A stretch of 64,000 bases of DNA from contig NC_086108.1 in the NCBI RefSeq assembly GCF_963921235.1, forward strand, positions 28,398,001-28,462,000, in the 5' to 3' direction. Below, in pieces: positions 23,650 through 36,420 of the stretch. Under the pieces are notes generated by a model, which saw only the letters and a program-made list of their open reading frames with translations, ran no database searches and was not told the DNA's origin. Position numbers and translations under genes: made by a program. Source of the DNA: Mobula hypostoma. Its lineage: Eukaryota. Position 1 is the stretch's first letter. Every line of letters starts with the position of its first letter.

Positions 23650-25035
23650 TGGTTAAACTATATTGTTACTTAAAATGATTTGTGATTCGACATCTATAAT
23701 TCTGTTTCTTGTCAATTTACATTCTTGCTTTCCCGCGAGTCTGTGGCTTCTGATATTCTTTCTACCTAAAGTGTCACATTACATCTTGGAATTTATATTC
23801 TATGTAGATTCTTGTTCTATACATTTTCACTCAGATGAACTTTACTCACCACCTCACATCCATCAACAATTTGTGTCATCCACAGATTTTGATACTATGT
23901 TTCCAATTCCAAGATCCTAGTTGATTGTGTAAATGTTAAACTGTGGGGTAAACGTTAAACTGTGGAGTAATTTAACTGGTGACAGATGACACACATTGTT
24001 CATAATAGAAACTGTTCTACATAATTCATAATCACCATCTTTGAGTCATTGTGTTCACTTTAAGAGACGGTGTCTGGCATAATGATGTCAGTGTAAAGCA
24101 ACTGCGTTTGTTTTGTTGGCAATGGAAGTAAAGGACTGCAGCTTTTGTTAAGCACATGTTTTATTGACAAAATCCTACAAAATAAAAGTCCTAGCATCAA
24201 TGTCAGTTGAATATCACTTCCTACTTTCTTCCAGAACTGCTGCTATTAAACCCTACTCTACTTTAACTATTTTTTTGCCAGTAGGCTCACCATTCTTCTC
24301 ATTTTTCTCCCCATTATTCAACATCTTAATTCCACAACTACTCCAGAGAAGGATGGACAAAAAAGTAGGTGAAGTTACTCTAAAGCTGTGGTTGGAGATA
24401 AACATACAGTAGGATCATTCATCAATATACTAAATAAAAATCTTTGTTGCCAGCTTTCACAAGATTGAGAGAACAATTTTTCGTGTAGGAATAGATTGGA
24501 TTGATACAACATCCTTTTAATATCGTTCATAAGGTTCTTTACAGAAGTACAATCAAAGAATAGGTGTCATGATCCAATAAATGGAAGCAAGTGTCTTTTA
24601 CATTATATTTCAAGGAGCATCTTGTGAGGAAAGAGATGGTTTTCACAGATCATCCAAAGGTTAGTGCTAGAACAATTGAAGGTAGAGCCAATAGAAGGTG
24701 TATGAAAACTTTTAAGAATATGAGAAGTTTCAATTATCGCAATCTGGCGTGACAGACGACAGAATATAAATAAAACTATTTGCAAGCAAGGGTTGGAAAT
24801 TTAAAGTTGTAATGGCACTGAACTGGGAACCTAAGCACTCAAGCAACTTCAATCGGATCATGAGAAAGGGACTTTTTGAAAGTGTTGGTGGTTTGGGATG
24901 ATTTCATAATTACGGAGGGTTCAAAATGGAAGAGTCTGGATGAGGATCTTGGCATCAAATGAGATGGGGCGGAGTACAAATAAGGTAGGAGAATGATAGA
25001 AGAAATGGTGTGATTAGCTGAGGATCAAAATGATT

Positions 25036-25322
25036 AGTTATTTATTTATTGAGATACAGCTCAGAGTAGGCTCTTCCGGCCCTTGAAGCTGCAAAGCCCA
25101 GCAACACACAATTTAACCCTTGCTGAATCATGTGACAATCTACAATGACCAATTAACCTACCAACCGGTATGTCTTTGGACTGTGGAAGGAAACCAGAGC
25201 TCCCAGAAGAATTCCATGGAGTCATGGGGAGGATGTACAACCTCCTTGCGGACCGTAGCGGGAATTGAACCTGGGATGCTGGTACTGTAAAGCATGGTGC
25301 TAACCACTATGCGACTATGCCA
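25036..25322 (-). mobile_element. V-SINE (HE1-like)
   Basis: Reverse complement of the family at 37228, 40501 and 42271; (TTAT)n tail at the left end. Confidence 0.8.
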
Positions 25323-25884
25323 GTATTTCAGGTCAAAGCCCTAATACAGATTTTTGACCCAAAATATCAACTATTTCCTTACCTCAAATGATGCTGCCTG
25401 ACCCACTGAGTTCCTACATCAGATTGTTATTCCTGAATATTATGCTATGGTTGAATGGAGAGCAATTTTTTTGAAGCCAAAAGCATTCCAAATCAAGAAT
25501 AAAAACCGTTCTCTCAGCATTATTTGAACACTTCATTGAATCTGGTTCTGACAGATTTTGATTCTGAAGACGTAAAGTAGACTGTACAAAATTAAGCAGA
25601 AGTGTCTGTGCTGAATTTGTCAAGCTTAAGGAAGCTGGTATCTATTTTACTAATATATGGTGTAGAGGAATTTTAAAAAGTCAGTGTGTTCTTTTTATGT
25701 TTGTGGTCAAGGATTGATTTGGTTGGGAGTGTTAGTGAATGGACGAGCCAAATAGAAGAATTGTTATTTTTTGCTTAGAATCACTGTAGTGTAAGATTCA
25801 GCATCCTATTTTGTCAATTCATCAAAGACACAGAAAGCACAATTTGATTTGCATGTAGATACAGCTGAACAATCAAGGATGTAT

Positions 25885-26191
25885 TTTGGCATCCGTTAGT
25901 CTCGTGAGACCATGGATTTGTGCCTTGAAAGGTTTCCAGGGTGCAGGCCTGGGCAAGGTTGTATGGAAGACCAGCAGTTGCCCATGCTGCAAGTCTCCCC
26001 TCTCCATGCCCCCGATGTTGTCCAAGGGAAGGGCACTAGGGCCGATACAGCTTGGTACCGGTGTCGTCACAGAGCAATGTGTGGTTAAGTGCCTTGCTCA
26101 AGGACACAACACACTGCCTCAGCTGAGGCTCGAACTAGCAACCTTCAGATCACTAGACCGATGCCTTAACCACTTGGCCACGCACCAACTA
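25885..26191 (-). mobile_element. tRNA-headed CORE-type SINE, same family as 23333-23649
   Basis: Reverse-complement match to 23333-23649; TSD aaggatgtat at 25875-25884 and 26192-26201. Confidence 0.82.
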
Positions 26192-26493
26192 AAGGATGTA
26201 TGGTCAGTCCTTAAAAACCTTTAAGTCTTAACCATAAGGATGTTCCACATACTAATTTCACTTCAACCCTTATTGCTACAGGTTTACTCCAAAAACCTCT
26301 GCTCTAAGAATAACCATCTCTGAGACCTATACGTGCCACTCACCTTTTCCCAACTAACTCCTAAGGACAATTATTTTTCCTCCCCATGTTCCATTCACAG
26401 TAGCTCCTTTAGATCAGGCATTCTCTCTCAAACAAGAGGACCCACACCTAATCAAGGTGCCCATTGAAGGTATCTAACTTTCTTCACCTGAGA

Positions 26494-26764
26494 AACACAC
26501 ACAAAGTGCTGGAAGAACTCAGCAGGCTAGGCAGCATCTGTGGAAAAAAGTACAGTCGACATTCCGGGCCGAGACCCTTCAGCAGGAGTAAGTTGATGTT
26601 TCTGGCTGAGACCCATCAGCAGATCCTTCAGTCCTGCTGAAGGATCTTGGACTGAAACGTCGATCGTACAGTATTCTTTTCCACAGTTGCCTGGCCTGCT
26701 GAGTTCCTTCAGCATCTTGGCGTGTTGCTTGGATTTCCAGCATCTGCAGATTTTGTCTTCTTTG
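26494..26764. mobile_element. 271-bp non-coding PLE-derived fold-back element with three hammerhead-like motifs
   Basis: Inverted arms; 15-bp TSD tttcttcacctgaga (26479-26493) / tttcttcatctgaga (26765-26779). Motifs at 26553-26588(-), 26591-26623(-) and 26629-26665(+), all with CTGCTGA. Confidence 0.8.
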
Positions 26765-28690
26765 TTTCTTCATCTGAGAGATCTTCTCCTCAACACCCTT
26801 GTATATTCTATTATTTTTAATTTATGCTTAAATCATGCTGATTCTGTCCTCTTGTAATACGTGTTCAAAATTAGGAAGTAAATGTAATATATTAGCATCA
26901 TTTGTCCTTCTCAAACTTACGGTAAACCCAACAGTATTTAAATAAAGGATTTGCATTAATATGGGACCTCCTAACTTTCAGAACTTCCAAAGTGCTTTAG
27001 TGTATATTACTATTATAATGTAGAAGGCATCATCCTTCTAAATGTTGTTCTGCTTTGCACAAACAGTCCCATTATTCCTTTGCATTTAATACCATTCTTT
27101 TCAGGGTATGTCGAATAATTATCTCTCATGTTGCTTCTGATTTGCAGCCCCTCTTCTCCCTCTCTCAAAAACTCTTAATCTTCGCACAGCTGGAAATGGA
27201 TCTGATCTCCAGTGGAATGATTAGTATGTGGCACATCTGAAAGTATGAATATTGCAGAAATTGGGTTTATTGGTAAAAACATATTTTAATTACTTGTAGA
27301 TGCAGCCAGTGACTCAATGGTGAATTATGGAATGTTAAACTTTCAGATATCAAACACCCTTGATTTGAAACGAAAGTTGACTGACAGAAGTTGTCTTACT
27401 CATTGAGTCCCTCATGCTGACTTCAATTCAGGTCACCTTCTCCAACAGTACCGCCGGATACTCACCCTTTGATTTCATCTCTCTGTCCCACCACTAATAG
27501 AAGACCTTAAATGTTCTTTGGTTCCACTCCTTTGAAATCTATCCTTCATCAAACTTCCGTTCCTTTGAAAGGCTCCTAAAGCCCACTTCTTGATGATTTT
27601 GCAAATTCCTCCATTAGGGCTTATTGTCTGTTCCATTTTATCTAATCTATTATAAAGCATCTTCTTTTCTCCACTTAGCAGTTCTTATTTTAATCAGATT
27701 ACCCCTATGACTATACACTGACCTTAGTGGAATATTGAAGTAGTAATTCTACATGGCAATGAATGGTGTTATTTTGTATTGTTGTTTGTCCTTGGTTCAG
27801 GACAGGCTGAGCTGAATGGTTAAAGTGTTAACACACTACCTTGACTTACTGGCATTGTTAAAAAAATCATGTTTCTTAGTGAGAGGGGAATTGTGATGGG
27901 ATAAAACAAACTGAGCCAGTTTATGGACACAAATAGTTGCAAGATCCAAACAAAGTTCCAGAATGTTTCAACGATAAATGAAGAAGTTACAACATATTTG
28001 ATCAACCAGGCTATCAGAACATATTTCATATATTCATGGAGACACAAGAAACCACAGATGCCACTGGAAGAACTCAGGTTTTTGATGCAAGGTCTTAAAC
28101 TGTGATGGAATTGGGTTTACTGACCGTGAAGTTCTAAACTCAAGCGAAGATCGTAAGCTCTATTGGATATAAATGGCCATGAGTATTCTCACTAAGGAGA
28201 GGTTACACTGCAGCCATCTACACTTCAAAGGCTAGGTTACTTCCCTGTTGATCCTGCACAGTGAGTTTAGCTACCAATAACCACGGTGGAGCAGTGGGTA
28301 TCCCCTCCCTACCAAGGAGGAGATACTTCTAGCTATCAAAGTACATTAAACACAGTTTTTATTTATTTTTAATTATTCACACTTAAATTTACATAAATGT
28401 ATTAAAACTCATTAAAAACTCACAGAAGTTTTCTATCTTATAAAAGATTTCTCAATTACAAATGATTTCTAAAACATAAAGTATTTTCAAAACACAGATA
28501 CAATTCCTATAAGCTAAAAGGGTACCAATGAGTTACAAATGAACAAGTCATCTGTTGCAGAAATCGAAGGCAGAGGAATGCACCCTGATTTTCTGTCAAT
28601 CACCTTGATTTTCCTTGACCATTCCAAACAAGCCTGATTGCTCGATTACATGTATACTTTTGGAAATAATTCTGAAAATGTGCAGTTTGT

Positions 28691-29124
28691 ATGATTGATG
28701 TTGGGTTGAGTTGTTTGCCGATCTTGACAGTTACTTGCAAATGTTTCATCACCGTACGAGGAGACAGCATCAAAGCTCTGTTAACGGTGGTGTGTCCTCT
28801 GAATGCTTGGCATTTATATACTCATCAGTTGACTGATTGGTCATCGTTACAGAAACTCAATTGTGATGTGGAGAGGAAATCTCATTGCTGATTGGTTGCA
28901 GGTGTTGTGGTCTGGAATTTGGCCCGCATTGGCTCATAAATAGGATCGAGGTCTACGTCACAATTGAGTTTCTGTAATGATGACCAATCAGCTGATGGTT
29001 ATATAAAGACCAAGTATTTGGAGAACACACCACAATTAATAGCACACTGATGATGCCTCCTCGGATGGTGAGGAAATGTTTGCAAGTAGATCACCAAGAT
29101 CACGGAACAACTCAATCCAATCAT
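28691..29124. mobile_element. Inverted pair of pseudo-LTRs from a second, unrelated Penelope family, with a hammerhead remnant on each strand
   Basis: Arms ~28691-28866 and ~28959-29124 are reverse complements. Plus strand: ca-CTGATGA-tgcctcctcggatggtgag-GAAA-tgtt-tgc (29042-29083); counterpart at 28737-28776(-). The spacer's minus strand encodes VDLDPIYEP, which resembles PLE ORF C-termini as I recall them. Confidence 0.7.
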
Positions 29125-29221
29125 TTATACCATTTTTTGCCACTTGTGTGACTTCACACATATGTGATTTTTTCAGGGACCTTTTCACAGAGATGATCTA
29201 AAAGCTTCTGGGGACAGATAT

Positions 29222-32200
29222 TGTCAAGCTTGCACAGGCAGGCACTTCCCAGTCTCCACCAAGCTAAGGACTCATGTCCCACTTGTTTCCAACTCATCAC
29301 CTGCAGCCAATTTAAACCCAGCTCTCATATAGTCCTTGTTCACCCATTGAGCCAGTCAGCCTCAACCAGTTGCTCCTAGCCTTCAGTTACTTTGTTGCCT
29401 GTGTTGTTTGGTATCTACTCTCTCTCATTTTGAAGCCCCTCATGGCTTGTGATTTTTACAATCTATTATTAATGTTATTGTTCATTGCTGAATCATCTCC
29501 ACTACTCTCCTATTCGGTCAAGCCTCTGCTACATTCCCTAGCAGGATAGATGAACCACCGATTGATCCAGAAAAGTTTGTTTGCCTAAAAGTTGCCGTCA
29601 ACACGAGCACACAATCCAGAAGCAGCAGGAAACTGTTGACAATCTGCTTGTCACTCTTGTCTCAATACAGCAACCCAGCACCAGTCACCCTCCTCCCACG
29701 GAACCCGATTCCAGTGCCTGAACACTTCGATGCATCCCCAACCCAAAGCTGCAACTTTGTGTCCCAATGTGTCTGCACTACAAGCTCCAGCCATCTCTGT
29801 ACTCTACAAACCAAGCCAAGATTGCCTCCCTCTTGACTGAGTGAACGTTGACACTGGCCGTGCTAACTGGGACAATAAAACCACCATTTGCAATAAATAT
29901 GAGGAATTCACTTCTGAGATGCATCGGGCTTTTGAGCATCTGGGAAGTGGAAAGAGGCAATGAATTGGAATCTTAGCATGTGTCAAAGCTCACACTTGGT
30001 GTTGGATTACACGGTGGAATTCCAGACCCTCACGGCAGAGTGCAGCTGGAATGTAGGAGTGCTGCTGACCCATTACCATCTTTTGTGGTTACTGAGGAGC
30101 AGTTGATCACCCACACATCAAATATCCACTGTGTCCGGCAAACAACACCACCAGGGAGAGATGAGGGGCCTTCTAACTTGTAAACTCCCCTCAGTCCCTC
30201 ATTCCAGCACCATAGCCTAACTCACTCTTTCTGATCTCCCTCACCACCCCTCCCCATGATTGTTTCTTCTCCTCTCTTCTTCTAAGACCCAAGTCATAAT
30301 GACTACATCACCAAAGCACTACAACATGGCTTCATTCAACCATCTCAGTCCTCAGCCGGAGCAGGATTCTTCTTTGTCAAAAAGAAAGATGCATCGACTC
30401 CAGTGAACACACTGACACAGGTGGGCTATGGTGAAACTGTCGAGCCATTTTCCAGGACCCCATTAACGAGCTCCTCTAAGACCTGCTACATAGGTACATG
30501 TTTGCATACCTTGATGACATCCTCATCTTCTCCAAGGACCCCCAGGACCATGACTGTCACACGTGTTCATTCTTCAGCATCTCCTCGAAAATCAACGGTA
30601 CTGCAAGTTATAGAAATGCCAGTTCCATCCACACCCTGGCCATTTCCTTCCTGGGTTACGTTCTTGCACCCCAAGGCCTAACTGTGGACCTAGGGAAAAT
30701 GTGTGACATCGTTGAATGGCACTTTTTGGGCTTCACCTTCTACTGTCATTTCAATAGGAACCATAGCCAAATCACTGCTCCTCATACCTCCCTCAGTGCA
30801 TCACCTATCTCACGGATTACCTGGTCTGCTGCTGTGGACTGCACTTTCGAGGAGCTCAAGAGAGTCTTCACCACCGCTCACATACTCTGCCATCTGAACC
30901 ACTCTGGATCTTTTGTGGTAGCGGTGCATGTATTTGACATAGGTGCCAGGGCCATCCTTTCCTAGTAAGGACACGATGGAAGGACACACCCTTGTGCCTT
31001 CTTCTCGTGTACATTCAACTCTACACAATGCCATTATGAAGTAGGAGACAAGGAGCTGATGCGAGAAACCAAACCTTTCCTGATCTGGACTGACCACCAG
31101 AACCTCATATCTGTTCAACAGATATGCTAATTCAACCCACATCAGGCTCGCTGAGCTCTTTTCTTTGAGCAATTCAACTTCACCATCTCCTCACGATCTG
31201 AATTCAAGGACACTAAGGTGGATGCCCTGTCACAACAGTTCAACCCAGTTGAAATGGAGAATGACCTTCAGATCATCATTCCATCTTTGCAGATCCTTGC
31301 CGCAATCATCTGGGACCTTGAGAACCAGATCCACCAGCCCCTACAACATAAGCCTACTCCGGCCGACACACCTGACAACAGCATGTACATGCCAGCAGCC
31401 ATGGGCTCTGTGATACTCCAATGGACTCACCCCTCTCCAGCCACCTCGGTGCACGATGGAATCTGGATTTTCTGTGACACTGCTGCTGGTGGCCCACCAT
31501 GATCACTGATGTACGTACATCAGTTTGTTGCTGCATGCCTTCACTGTACCCAGTCCATTTCCTCCAACAGTGGCCCTTTGAGTTTTTGCAGCCCCTACCA
31601 GTCCCTCATCACCTGTGGTCCCATATTTTCATGAACTTCTTCAGGGATTTTGCCACCTTCCAATGAGGGCACAGTGATCATAACAGTGACGGACTAGTTC
31701 TCCAAGGAGGCAACTTCGTTGCCTTCCCAAACTCCATCAGCCACTGAGATCTGGTTTTCCAACAGCTAGTTCGCCTCCACAGTTTCCCTCAGGATATTGT
31801 GTCTGAAAATTCATCTCCCACTTCTGGTGAGCCTTCTGCTTCCTCTGTCCTCTGGCTATCATCTGTAGACCAATGGTCAGTCAGAAAGAGCCAATCAGCA
31901 AGTGGAGAAGTTCCTGTGATGCTTTGCCATCTCTTACCGTTCCACATGGAAGAAGTATCCGCCCTGGGCCAAGCTGTCGCACAGTCTATACATCTCCTCT
32001 GCTGTGGGTATGTCAGCCTTTGAAATGTATCATGGCTACCAATCCCTGTTGTTCTCCATAGAGGAGCCAACGGTGGATGGTCCATCCATGAGGGCCCTGG
32101 TTTGCCACTGCTAGAATGCTTGGAAGAGGGCACAGAAGGCCATCTCGCAGCCAGCCTTGCTGGCAGCACCAAGCCAGGCAAATCTGGCTCGGGAGCCATG

Positions 32201-32904
32201 TCTGGTTGTCCACTAGAGATCTGCCCTTGTGCACCAACTCCCACCGGCTCTCATGCTGGTTCACTGATCCCTTTCAGACTACCCATCACATCAATCCAGT
32301 CACCTGCCGTCCCTCAGGATCATACCTCCTGCCTCAAGCCCATTGCCTTTGGACCATTCAACTCACCTGAGCCTACACCTCCAGAACCTCGGATGGTGGT
32401 AGGTGGTGTTATGTTCACAGTTCGCTAGTTGATTGCCTCACATCACCGTGGATGGGATATGCAGTAGGGAAAGGGTATTACCCAGAGGAGAGGTCATAGG
32501 TGCCGTCAAATTTTATTTTAGATCCATCTCTCATTGAGGAGTTCCACTGGACCCATCCAGATCACCCTGGGCGATTGGGTACTGGCTGTAGGAGGAGGGA
32601 GCCTGTGAGGCTTGCGTGTGCAGGCACCTCCGAGTCTCCACTCAGCTAACAGGAGTAACTTGCCACTCCTTTCCAACTCATCACCTGCAGCCTATTTAAA
32701 CCCAGCTCGCATCCACAACCCTTGTTCCTCCATTGAAACAGTCAGTCTCAACAAGTTGGTTCTGGCCTTCAGTTACCTTGTAGTCTGTGGTGTTTAGTAT
32801 CTGTTCTCCCTTGTTTTGCGGCCTGTCATGGAGTGTTATCGTTTATTGCTAAATCATCTCCGCTGTTCTGCTTTTAGGTCAGGTCTCCTCTACATTCCCT
32901 GACA
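29222..32904 (+). mobile_element. Decayed Ty3/Gypsy chromovirus (Sushi-like) LTR retrotransposon with both LTRs
   Basis: LTRs 29222-~29543 and 32604-32904 (TG...CA, diverged); TSD gatat/gatac; PPT aggaggagggag at 32590-32601. Gag PEHFD, RT AYLDDILIFS, RNase H YEVGDKEL and WTDHQNL, integrase remnants, chromodomain-like GYYPEERS...ILDPSLIEEFH at ~32400-32560. Confidence 0.88.
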
Positions 32905-35404
32905 GATACTGCACACACCCAAAATTATTGTTGTGAAGTTGGCTCTCTAAGCACACAAAGCTTCCTACTATTGATAGGTCAGCTATTGATAAATGATAGT
33001 ATCGATCTGGTCTGCAAGCTTCCGTGAACTAAATATCTTAGCCAGTGTTATCTGGTTTGATACAGACCAATTAGCATAACCCCATTGTTTTACACTGCAT
33101 CTCCCAAGCAATTAACCCTATGCTATGGGCCAGCAGTCTATGTTCTGTAGACGGTGTCTTTTAATTTCACAGATTGCTACTTGCAATTTATATCAAGAAC
33201 TGAAGATTGGATCCCATTTACAACAATAAATTGAAAAAGAAATATTGGTTGGAAGTTCAACTCACTCAAAATCAACTTTTTGACCTCTAGAAGGGCCAAC
33301 TGCTGTTGGAAAGTTGAGCTTGGCAAAAAGGCACCCCCACCACCCCCACCCAGCCCTGGACCGTTTTCCTCCACAAATGCTACTTGACCCATTGAATTGT
33401 TCCAGCAGGTTATTTTTTTCCTTTCTATATTCATGTGGTCTTCACAGAAAACTATCACTTATTATCCATCCCTGATATAAATATGTGCTCTGAAGGACTG
33501 ATCTGAGAAATACGGTGACTCCTAAAGGAAATTGCATTAGATGTGGTTTGTGAGAATATTTCTTCTGTACTGATTGAGATTAGGGGCCATGTGCACAAGA
33601 CTTCCTTCTGAAAAGACTGAGACTAAGGTTGTTTATACAATGCTTTCCTCTAAAGCCACTAAGATTGGGATGACATGAACAATTCTTTCCTATGAAGGGA
33701 TTAAGAGCAAGGCTGTTTTATTCCCATTCGGGAATTATGGTTAATATGGGAAACCAGTTTAGTAAATTTTCAAGTGAATGCATCTGGGGGTTTCTGATGC
33801 ATGCTTCATTGACTTTTGTATAAACAGTAGATCTGTGAAATAGAATGAATGTAGAATATTAGGATCACTTACATGTTAGAGTGGAAAGAAAAAAAAATGA
33901 GTAGCAGTTGAACTACTTTAAGAATACAGTAATTAGTATTAGTGGCTGTCCAACAAAGTTAAGATACTATGCTTACTCATATAACCATCTAAATGCAAGG
34001 TTGACTGTTGCCAGAAATAGTTAGCCCAATAGTTTACTCTGATGGTCTGTTGTCTGAGGGATTGAGAGTATGTGAAAAGGTGGCTGGGAAGGAGGAAGAT
34101 AAAAAAGAACCAAGGGATAAAAGTAACATTTGAGTTATACTATAAGGGTCAGTTTAAAATTCAACGTCTGCAGAAGATGTGGATGTATTAAAGATTAGCT
34201 GAGTGGCCTAATTCTGCTCCTATAACTTATGGTCTTATGGTCTTATTCTTGCTATAAAGTCTACATAAGCCAGACGTTCCTTTTATGTAGGTCGGAAAGG
34301 AGAGCAGGTTATTCATCCAGTATTTATGATATTATCAAAGTTCAAAGCATATGTATTATCAAAGTACATATATATCATCACAACAAAAGTGATGTATTTT
34401 CTTGCAGGAATACTCAATAAATCTATAATAGAATAATGACCATAACAGAATCGATGAAAATCAGGAATGAGATTTGACTGATTATTATCACCTCACTCCC
34501 TATGCCTACCACTCACTTCTCAATTATTTTCCCTAACCTCACCTGTCAATTACCTTCCCTAAGCTCACTATCAATCACTACCTCTACCCCTTGCCTGTCC
34601 ATCACTCTCTCCTCGCAACTACCCAAAAAAAGTTGTGAGGCTCGCAACCCCCCTGGTTAAAAGCATTGAAGTTAGCACAGAATAAAAATGAAGCCTATAG
34701 TCTTCCTGATTAATATGGTTGATTTTCTTTGAATTTTCATAAGGGCCTCCATCTGTCCAGCTCTTAAGCTCTGAAATTTGCATCTAAGCCTTTCTGTTCC
34801 TCTCTCCTACTCTTGAGTGCTTTTTGCAACCAACCATCTTGACCAATACCTGCATGATCACTTTGTGGTGGCTTGTTTTCAAATCCTGTTGTTTTATCAT
34901 TCATGTAAGGCATACTGAGACACTTTACTAAGTTTAAGGCGCTATGTAAATATTTGTTTCTGTTGAGATGGATTTAATCGCTAAATCAATGGGACAATTA
35001 AAAGGTCATATAGAGTGCATAGTATTCAATCAGAAGACTACCCTCTTCTCCCTCAATATCCGTTCTCATGTTTCTGTATTTAATTGCAATTTGAGGTGGG
35101 GGGTGGGGGAGTGCTGTGGTGTGGTAGGTGAGTGTTTGCATTTGACACAAAATTTCACATGATGAGAGTGGAGAAAACTTTGTCAGTCATGCTGGATACA
35201 CATAGCTGTGGTGTTTACATGTGCTTTGCACTATCTCATACTAACTGCTCTTTCTAAATAAAATGCCACTGCTTTTGCTGAGAGATGTTGGTGTAGTTTT
35301 TTTTCCCCCTTTAAGCAATAGACTGATATCTGTGAATCACCTCCAACCTATGAGTTGGCACAATGTTGGTAAGAAGTACTTTCTCATTTACAATTGAAAA
35401 GCGA

Positions 35405-35600
35405 AAGTGTACAGATGCTGAAAATCTGAAATAAAGACAAAAGTGATGGAAAGCCTACAAAGCAACGTCTATGGAAATGGGAACAGTAAGCATTTTGGAT
35501 CAATGACCTTGCATCAGAACTGAGTCTAAAAATTTATTCAGCTTCCATCTCCACAGATATTGCCTGACCTGTTTGGTGTTTCAGGATTTTCACTTTTCTC
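35405..35600. mobile_element. Old PLE-derived palindromic remnant
   Basis: cagatgctgaaaatctgaaata...gaccttgcatcagaactg (decayed minus-strand hammerhead)...ctccacagatattgcctgacctg. Confidence 0.55.
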
Positions 35601-36239
35601 TGTAAACTCCTCTCCATGAACTTGGGCTGTCTATTCCTTCATAGGAATATCATATGTAACCTCTGGGAATATTGAGGAACAATGATTAAGGGCCATTGGA
35701 ACCAACAAGCTTTTCCTTTTCATAGGTACCCACCAGTTTAACTTTTGCCTGACCCTGTAATCTCCCCACAGAAATAATTCAAACATCTATTGAATCCAAT
35801 TTTTCATGATCTATAACAAGGATATTTCCCACTTTGGGCCCTCAGCACGGCAGACATCTAACCAGATTCATTTCCAAAGCATTGACAGAAAATGAATCTT
35901 TGCATCTTTCAGTCAAGATAAGCTGATACATTCAAATGTGGCTCTTCCTCGGAGCCAGTGAAATAAAAAAGCTTGCTCCCTGGGACTTACTTGTTTTTTC
36001 ACTGCACTGCCTGAGCAGCTCAGCACTAATGAGGCAAAAGCAACCTGCAGTCTGCAAGTCCGTGCCAGCTTTCCTACATTAATAGCAATTTTTCACTTGT
36101 TTCTTTGGCAGAGAAGGGCTGTATGCTGCATTAATGTCACCTACTGCTGCAATATTTTTGTCTGCGCTTTTTCCTGAGATACTCTGCATGGCGTGTGGGT
36201 AATTCTTGTTGTGTCAGTTGCTTTTCTATCTGACAGCAA

Positions 36240-36420
36240 GACTGAAATCAGAAAATGCTAGAGATACTGTACACTATAGGGCAGGCAGCATCTCTGAACA
36301 GAGAGGAAAAGATTCAATGACCTTTCTTTATCCACAGATGCTATCTAACTGCCAAACATTTCCAGCAGCCTCTGTGTTTTTTTAATTTCAGATTTCTAGT
36401 ATCTGCAGTACTTTGCTTTG
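36240..36420. mobile_element. Old PLE-derived palindromic remnant
   Basis: gaaaatgctagagatact...caggcagcatctctg / cacagatgctatct...tccagcag...ttcagatttctagtatctgcagta. Confidence 0.55.

Noticed and set aside
23930..23970. 19-bp direct repeat aaa(t/c)gttaaactgtgg(g/a)gt
   Set aside because: A two-unit local slippage duplication with no further structure.
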